Below are positions 56,793 through 64,000 of a stretch of 64,000 nt of DNA, piece after piece. The notes below the pieces were generated by a model. That model saw nothing but the letters and a program-made list of their open reading frames with translations. It was not told the DNA's origin and did not search any database. This stretch comes from an uncultured Candidatus Saccharimonadales bacterium (lineage in GTDB: Bacteria; Patescibacteriota; Saccharimonadia; UBA4664): positions 220,697-284,696 of the forward strand of contig CAZSRA010000001.1 of the NCBI GenBank assembly GCA_964609585.1, written 5' to 3'. Numbering within the stretch: position 1 is the stretch's first letter; each line of letters begins with the position of its first letter. The position numbers were made by a program, and so were the translations under genes.

Positions 56793-59319
56793 GATTTTCT
56801 AGCATTTTTAGGATGCGCGCAATATCGATGCCGGGTCCGAGGACAGGCTTCCAAAGATCGCCGACGGTTTTGAAGCGGGCTGGGGCGTTTTCGATGGTGA
56901 ACTGGATGGGTTTAAGGCCTGGCTTTACTTCGTCCCAATGAAGGGGCGTGGAAACGGTAGCATGGGGTCTCGGTCGCGCGCTGTAGGGCGCGGCGAGCGT
57001 TTGGCCGTGACGGTTTTGCAAGAAATCGAGGTAGATTTTGCCCTGGCGTTTGGTGGGGCTGCGTTCGACGCTTGTGAGATCTGGGGTTCTTTTGTGGACG
57101 TTCCTTGCGATGAGTTCGGCAAACATTTTGACTTGGTCATGGGTGTATTTGGCACCGGTGGGAATGTAGATATGCAGGCCGGTGGCGCCGGAGGTTTTGG
57201 GGTAGCTGGGGATATCAAGCTCGTCCAGGAACGCGTGAACGGCCTGGGCGGTTTTGACGACGGAGCTGAAGGTAGTGGCTTCGGGGTCGAGGTCAATGAC
57301 GCACCAATCGGGGTTGTCGAGATTGCCTGTGCGGGAGTTCCAGGGGTTGATGTCGATGCAGCCGAGGTTAATCATGTACAAGAGAGCGGCTTCATCTTGG
57401 CAGAGAAGGTATTCGATGTCGTGATCCTCGCCAGTTGAATGGATGGTGATGGTTTTGGCCCAACTCGGGGCGTGGCCTGCCATATCTTTTTGGTAGAAAT
57501 TTGGGCCGGCGATGCCGTCGGGGTAGCGTTTGAGGGACTCTGGGCGGTCTTTGAGGTAGGGCAGAATGAGGGGTGCCACTTCGGCGTAGTAATCGAGGAG
57601 CTGGCCTTTGGTGATGCGTTCTTTGGGCCAGTAGACTTTGCCCGTATGAGTGAGTTGGATAGTGTGGCCGTTTAGTTCTAAGGTTTTGTCTGAGCTGGTT
57701 TGTGGCGGGGTTTCGGGTTTTTGTGGTTGCATGGCTTTTCCTTTGGTTTGGGACGAGACGGATATTTCGAGGTGAACGTCGGTAGCTAGTTTATCTTCGC
57801 GTAAGCCCATAAAAATTGGGTGGCGCATGGAGCCGTCGGCGGTCCATTCGGTGAATTCTACCTCGCAGACGAGCTTGGGCGTGACCCAGTGGGCGGGTTC
57901 GTTGGTTTTGGGGGTGGGTGTAATGGGGCAATCTGAGGTAACGAGGGGTTGGAGACGGTTAAAAAGGTCTCGCAGTACTTCATCGGAAAAGCCACTGCCG
58001 GTATGGCCGGTGAAGATGAGGTTATGATCATCGTCGTATAGGCCGAGTACGAGAGCGCCGAAATATTGCCGGCTTTCGCGCGGGTCGGTATAGCCGATGA
58101 TAACGACTTCTTGGCGGAGGTGGGTTTTGATTTTGAGCCAGTCGCGACTGCGGGTGTTTGGGTGGTACAAGGAGTCTGCGCGTTTGGCCATGAGGCCTTC
58201 GAGGTTTTGTTTGCGGGCGGCTTCAAATAGTGGTACGCCTTGTGCTTTAAAGTGCTCGCTGTACTTGATGTGCGGTCCGTGCAGGAGGCCAAGGAGGCGT
58301 TTGAGCAAGAGCTTGCGGGTGCTGAGGGGAAGGTCCGTGAGATTATAGCTGTCAACGTATAAGAGGTCGAAGGCGTTGTAGATGAGCTGGCCGACTCCCG
58401 TGTGGATGTAGGCTTGGAGGTCTTGAAAGTCGGTACGGCCACGAGCATCCACTACGGTCATTTCGCCGTCGATGAGGGCAGGTACTTTGAGCGGGCTTAG
58501 ATCGGCTGCGGCGGCACTAAAGCGCTCGGTGTAGTCTTGGTTGTTGCGGGAGTGGAGGGTGACGGTGTGTGGGCTGGTTTCGGCCATGATGCGGTAGCCG
58601 TCCCATTTGACCTCAAAAAGCCAGTCGGGATTATTGAAGGGCGCTTCGGTGAGGGTGGCGAGCATGGGCTGAAACGTTGCAGGTGGCGGGGTTTTGGGGA
58701 GGCCTTTGAGGCCGAAGTTGAGCTTGGTGATGGGTTTTTCCGATGCCACTTCTTCGATGGTGCGGCCGGTGATGACGGAGCGGTTTTGTTTGGTGAGGTC
58801 TTTTGTGCTTATGAACTTGTCTTTGTGAGCTTTGATGAGGAGCCAGGCAGCTTTTTCTTCGGCATGGGCGATTTTTACGAGGGCGAATTCGCCGTTTAGT
58901 TTTTCGCCGTGGAGAATGAAAGTGAGGTGCTGGTTGTGGACGCCGGTGAGGGCGAGCTGATCATTTTCGTCGCGGTTTTCGGTGGCATAAAGGGGTTCGT
59001 AGGTGCCTTGGTCCCAAATGATGACGGGACCGGCGCCGTAATTGCCTTCGGGGATGAGGCCTTCAAAATACTGGTAGTCGAGGGGATGATCTTCGGTCAT
59101 GACGGCGAGGTGTTTGTCTTTGGGGTTGAGACTGGGTCCTTTTGGTATGGCCCAGCTTTTCATAACACCCCCCATTTCCAGGCGAAAATCGTAATGGAGG
59201 GCGGTGGCGTCGTGTTTTTGGACGACAAACCGTAATTGATCGCTCCCCTCTCCGCCGGCGGGTTCGGGGGTGCGGGCGAAATCGCGTTTGGCGTGGTAGT
59301 CGTGGAGAAGGCGGGGCAT
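56782..59319 (-). CDS. ligD: multidomain ATP-dependent DNA ligase D (phosphoesterase - ligase - polymerase/primase)
   Basis: N-terminal PE domain (RFVVQKHDATALHYDFRLE), adenylation motif I (FEVKWDGYR), and a C-terminal LigD polymerase domain; 845 aa. Confidence 0.85.
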   Translation of the reverse strand: MPRLLHDYHAKRDFARTPEPAGGEGSDQLRFVVQKHDATALHYDFRLEMGGVMKSWAIPKGPSLNPKDKHLAVMTEDHPLDYQYFEGLIPEGNYGAGPVIIWDQGTYEPLYATENRDENDQLALTGVHNQHLTFILHGEKLNGEFALVKIAHAEEKAAWLLIKAHKDKFISTKDLTKQNRSVITGRTIEEVASEKPITKLNFGLKGLPKTPPPATFQPMLATLTEAPFNNPDWLFEVKWDGYRIMAETSPHTVTLHSRNNQDYTERFSAAAADLSPLKVPALIDGEMTVVDARGRTDFQDLQAYIHTGVGQLIYNAFDLLYVDSYNLTDLPLSTRKLLLKRLLGLLHGPHIKYSEHFKAQGVPLFEAARKQNLEGLMAKRADSLYHPNTRSRDWLKIKTHLRQEVVIIGYTDPRESRQYFGALVLGLYDDDHNLIFTGHTGSGFSDEVLRDLFNRLQPLVTSDCPITPTPKTNEPAHWVTPKLVCEVEFTEWTADGSMRHPIFMGLREDKLATDVHLEISVSSQTKGKAMQPQKPETPPQTSSDKTLELNGHTIQLTHTGKVYWPKERITKGQLLDYYAEVAPLILPYLKDRPESLKRYPDGIAGPNFYQKDMAGHAPSWAKTITIHSTGEDHDIEYLLCQDEAALLYMINLGCIDINPWNSRTGNLDNPDWCVIDLDPEATTFSSVVKTAQAVHAFLDELDIPSYPKTSGATGLHIYIPTGAKYTHDQVKMFAELIARNVHKRTPDLTSVERSPTKRQGKIYLDFLQNRHGQTLAAPYSARPRPHATVSTPLHWDEVKPGLKPIQFTIENAPARFKTVGDLWKPVLGPGIDIARILKMLENPTS

Positions 59320-60089
59320 TATTTTGAAGCGGTTTCGAGGCTAGCGACGAGTGCGGCCATGAGATCGGTGGTGGGTTTATGGGATGCGGGTTTGGTCTTG
59401 GCAACGGGTTGGTGTTTGACCTTGGCTTTGATGCGGTCTTCGAGCTCTTCGGTGTAACTGTCGTGGAAATCTTCGGGGATGAAGGGTTTGGTGAGTTGTT
59501 TAATGAGCTTTTCGGCCATTTCGAGCTCGCTTGGTGTGGCTTTGTGCTGAGGCGGCAAGTTGAGTGAGCCAGGGGTGTGGAGGTCGGCAGGAAAGCGCAT
59601 TTGGTTTAGGACGAGGGCTGAGCCAACGGGTTTGATGGCGGCCAGATGTTCGCGGTCGCGCAGGACAAACCGGGCGACGGCGATTTTATCTGCTTTTTTG
59701 AGGGCTTCACGTAGGAGGGCGTAGGCTTTTTCGCCGCCCTTAGTGGGTTCGAGGTAGTACGGTTTTTCGAGGTAGCGAATGTCGACCTCGTCTTCTTCGG
59801 AAAATTGTGCAATGTCGACGGTGCTGGTGTGCTCGCCCTCGGCGGCTTCGAAGTCTTTGTCGGTGAGGATCACGAACTTGTCGTCGTCATATTCATAGGC
59901 TTTGACGATTTCTTCATAGGGGACCTCTTTGTCTTCGGTTTCGCAGATTTTGGCGTAGCGGATCTTGCCTTGGTCGGGGGCGTGTAGCATGTGGAGATCG
60001 ATGCCGTCACGGGTGTCGGCAGCGGAATAGAGTTTGACTGGGATGTTGATGAGGCCGAAGGAAATGGAGCCAGTCCAAAGTGCGCGCAT
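59319..60089 (-). CDS. ku: Ku DNA end-binding protein
   Basis: MRALWTGSISFGLINIPVKLYSA start canonical for bacterial Ku. Its stop overlaps the ligD ATG (TAATG). Confidence 0.88.
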   Translation of the reverse strand: MRALWTGSISFGLINIPVKLYSAADTRDGIDLHMLHAPDQGKIRYAKICETEDKEVPYEEIVKAYEYDDDKFVILTDKDFEAAEGEHTSTVDIAQFSEEDEVDIRYLEKPYYLEPTKGGEKAYALLREALKKADKIAVARFVLRDREHLAAIKPVGSALVLNQMRFPADLHTPGSLNLPPQHKATPSELEMAEKLIKQLTKPFIPEDFHDSYTEELEDRIKAKVKHQPVAKTKPASHKPTTDLMAALVASLETASK

Positions 60090-60236
60090 AGGGATCCTCC
60101 CGGGATTTATGCTTATGATTATAGCGCATGACTGGGGTTAGTTTTGTGTCGTTATCGCGCGGTAAGTTGACTGACTTACAGTAAGCTGGCATTGTATATC
60201 TGAAGATCGGTAATGTGCCGGTCTTTGTAGGCTTCG

Positions 60237-60833
60237 ATGGAGAAGGGCGGCGCTATGAACCGCGTCAAAGACATTCAGAACCACAACGACCTTAGGGCGC
60301 AACCGGACACAAGAACCGTTGAAGTGTCGTATGGCGACTTCACGTTTTGGGTGATCTCCAGTCCACTTATCGAGGATAGCGTCCTGGTGATGCCCAACGA
60401 CCGGGTCAACTATCCGTGCTTTTCCTGCGGATTCCGGACCAGTCGCCGGGTGCTGGAGGTGACGCGAGATGGCAAGATGATCCGGGGCGTGAGGGTCATT
60501 TGCAAGGATTGTTGGCCGATCTATGAGCTCCATTACCGCGCAGCAAATCTTGACGCCATTCTGGTGACGGCTGCTGCTCAGCGGTACAAGTTTTCGGTAG
60601 CATTTTTCACCATCGGCAGGCGGGCGGCCGAAGTAAGCAGACTGCGCGACTACGCCGAAATCCTTCGGACATCGGGTCGGCTGATCGACCAGCCGCCGGT
60701 TCAACTGCTCGAGACTTCAGCGGCCAGTGAGGCCCCCGAACCGCCGGTTCGACGAGACACTGCCGTGTTGCTCGAAGAGACCGATGCGTTGCTGGAAGCG
60801 ATGGATGATCTGCTCAATCCGGCCGCTGACTAG
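60237..60833 (+). CDS. hypothetical protein with CxxC...CxxC zinc-ribbon-like motif, cassette gene A
   Basis: YPCFSCGF...ICKDCWP four-Cys pattern. Alternative start at ATG 60255 with a GAAGGG RBS. Composition differs from flanking genes. Confidence 0.45.
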   Translation: MEKGGAMNRVKDIQNHNDLRAQPDTRTVEVSYGDFTFWVISSPLIEDSVLVMPNDRVNYPCFSCGFRTSRRVLEVTRDGKMIRGVRVICKDCWPIYELHYRAANLDAILVTAAAQRYKFSVAFFTIGRRAAEVSRLRDYAEILRTSGRLIDQPPVQLLETSAASEAPEPPVRRDTAVLLEETDALLEAMDDLLNPAAD

Positions 60834-60910
60834 GGTCTTACAGATAGGCTCCTCGGGGTTGTTGCAAGGGTACATTCAGAATTCGGTTTCCGATCGAAAG
60901 GAGGCCAGCA

Positions 60911-61627
60911 ATGGCCGAAACAAAGCGAACGGGTAAGAAAGAGGCTCTCCGTTGCGCGAGAGTGCGCCAGCAGTCGCGGGGACGAATTGCAGTCCGGGCG
61001 GTGGGAAACGGGCGCTGGTTGTGGTTCCATCTCCAGGATATTCAGTTGGCTTTGAAGACCGGTTACGAGCCTCTGCTGAAGTCTAGGATGAAGATGCTCG
61101 ATGACTTCCGGCTATTCTATACGCCTCTGGCCTTTGATATCGCCTCGCATGTTGTTCGGCTGAGAGGAGTCGAGACGGTTGCTATTCGAGGTGACCGCAT
61201 AGGCGTGGAAGTGGCAAGTGCGGAGTGCTGGCCCGAAGTGTTGCCTGGCATTATTGCGACGATCCGCAAGTTCCATCCGCAAGAGCGGGTGCCGATTTGG
61301 CTGAGGCCGCATTTCGATCCGTTGGTGGAAATGTGGCATGCGCCTTTGTTGGCCGAGCTCTTTCCGGACGAAATAAAGATCCGGCGGGTGAATCGGTGGC
61401 TCAAGTACGCGATACTTCGAGCCATGGCAAGCTATCGGCCGAAGAGCCGCATCTCCTCGAATGAGTTGATGGTCAAACTGGGCTGGTTCTCGTACATCTT
61501 CTTGTCCAGCGGTCTGGCTCGCGCGCTGGCTGAGCTTCATCGTGAGGGAAGGATTTGGCGGTCTTATCGGAGTAGTCAGGAAGACTTCCTCGATTCCTAC
61601 GCTGTTTACGCGCTACCCCATAACTGA
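60911..61627 (+). CDS. hypothetical protein (238 aa), cassette gene B
   Basis: Arg-rich basic N-terminus; no recognisable domain. GGAGG-like RBS (AAAGGAGG) upstream. Confidence 0.45.
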   Translation: MAETKRTGKKEALRCARVRQQSRGRIAVRAVGNGRWLWFHLQDIQLALKTGYEPLLKSRMKMLDDFRLFYTPLAFDIASHVVRLRGVETVAIRGDRIGVEVASAECWPEVLPGIIATIRKFHPQERVPIWLRPHFDPLVEMWHAPLLAELFPDEIKIRRVNRWLKYAILRAMASYRPKSRISSNELMVKLGWFSYIFLSSGLARALAELHREGRIWRSYRSSQEDFLDSYAVYALPHN

Positions 61628-61646
61628 TTTGGGGTGGCGCTGTCGT

Positions 61647-61670
61647 CGGGACCCGCGTATGCGGGTCCCG
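61647..61670. terminator. 10-bp perfect stem-loop between convergent genes
   Basis: CGGGACCCGC-GTAT-GCGGGTCCCG hairpin. Confidence 0.45.
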
Positions 61671-61714
61671 GAAGGATTCAAGATTTGAAGTTTCGACTTG
61701 AGGTCTTAGATTTT

Positions 61715-62341
61715 TTAAGCTTTGCCGCCGGAGATCTTAATGTCTTTGGCAATGATCTGGCCGGTGGTTTCATCGATCTCGTACAAGTAGACTTCGCCGG
61801 TGCCGATTTCGAGGTTTGAAATGTCGGTTTCGGCGACATTTTCGAGGTGTTTTACGAGAGCACGGAGGCTGTTACCGTGAGCTGCAACGATGACATTTTT
61901 GCCGGCTTTGAGGTCGGCGAGAATGTGTTGTTCGTAATAAGGCACAATGCGGGTGTGGACGTCTTTGAGGGTCTCGCCGCCGGGTACGGGGTGATCCCAG
62001 CTGCGACGAATTTTGGTAAATTCCTCTTCGCCGTACTCTTCGCGGACTTGCCACTTGTTTTTGCCGGTGAGCTGGCCATAGTCGCGCTCGTTGAGAGCGG
62101 CAGCTTTTTTGGCTTCGATTTCGGTTTGGCCAAGCTCGTTTAAGATTTCGGCAAGAGTTTGCTGGGCGCGCTTGAGATTGGAAGTGTGGGCAGCACCAAA
62201 AGTGATGTTTTCCAGTGTTTTGGCAGCGGTGCGAGCCTCGGCTTTGCCCTTTTCGGTGAGTTCGATATCGGTGAGGCCGGTCCATTGGCCGAGTTCGTTC
62301 CATTTGCTTTGGCCGTGACGGACGAGTACGAGATATGGCAT
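61715..62341 (-). CDS. gpmA: histidine-phosphatase superfamily, 2,3-bisphosphoglycerate-dependent phosphoglycerate mutase-like
   Basis: LVLVRHGQSKWN catalytic His motif; 208 aa. Confidence 0.75.
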   Translation of the reverse strand: MPYLVLVRHGQSKWNELGQWTGLTDIELTEKGKAEARTAAKTLENITFGAAHTSNLKRAQQTLAEILNELGQTEIEAKKAAALNERDYGQLTGKNKWQVREEYGEEEFTKIRRSWDHPVPGGETLKDVHTRIVPYYEQHILADLKAGKNVIVAAHGNSLRALVKHLENVAETDISNLEIGTGEVYLYEIDETTGQIIAKDIKISGGKA

Positions 62342-62353
62342 GGTTTTTTCCTG

Positions 62354-64000
<1,647 letters not shown>

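Noticed and set aside
60237-60833. Pup-like (prokaryotic ubiquitin-like) C-terminus in cassette gene A (ETDALLEAMDDLLN)
   Set aside because: It lacks the terminal GGQ/GGE and the rest of the Pup signature. The resemblance is limited to an acidic helix.

Overview
This 64 kb window is a gene-dense bacterial chromosomal segment with about 70 protein genes and 1 to 2 tRNA-type elements. The + strand is G/T-rich whichever way genes point, and most genes in the first 29 kb lie on the - strand.

Main blocks:
- 1-13.7 kb: a cell-envelope polysaccharide locus. It holds two tandem GH5-like glycosidases, a UbiA prenyltransferase, a Wzx flippase, a GT-C-like membrane protein, a CE4 deacetylase, three GT4 and one GT2 glycosyltransferase. 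These genes are chained by 4-8 bp start/stop overlaps.
- 13.8-17 kb: a two-component system (histidine kinase plus a stand-alone response regulator) next to a TerC/DUF475-like membrane protein.
- 17-28 kb: housekeeping genes (FKBP, RlpA-like, DUF3048, gltX, GT26, O-antigen-ligase-like, mreB, sortase) followed by tRNA-Leu(CAA).
- 28.4-36 kb: an AT-rich shikimate-dehydrogenase-like gene beside the tRNA, a VOC/glyoxalase plus class-II UvrA-like pair, and a YhhQ - RibD_C-reductase - CofE-like ligase operon.
- 36-43.2 kb: PadR plus an ABC-2 exporter, an orphan 7TM-PAS histidine kinase, and a MacB/FtsX-type ABC pair.
- 43.3-44.2 kb: a compact, compositionally anomalous cassette. It has a consensus sigma70 promoter, two small unknown ORFs, a degenerate tRNA-like element and a terminator. 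This is the most novel-looking element in the window.
- 44.2-52 kb: metK, sbcB, a TetR-controlled SnoaL-like gene, a PIF1-like helicase with a C-terminal HTH, and a second inverted MacB/FtsX pair.
- 52-60 kb: an SH3b membrane protein, a second RecD/PIF1-like helicase, several unknowns, a secreted thermonuclease, and a translationally coupled LigD-Ku NHEJ pair.
- 60.1-61.7 kb: a second two-gene cassette of unknown proteins with atypical composition.
- 61.7-64 kb: gpmA-like, pepE and a 5'-partial eno.

No CRISPR array, rRNA, transposase or integrase was found.
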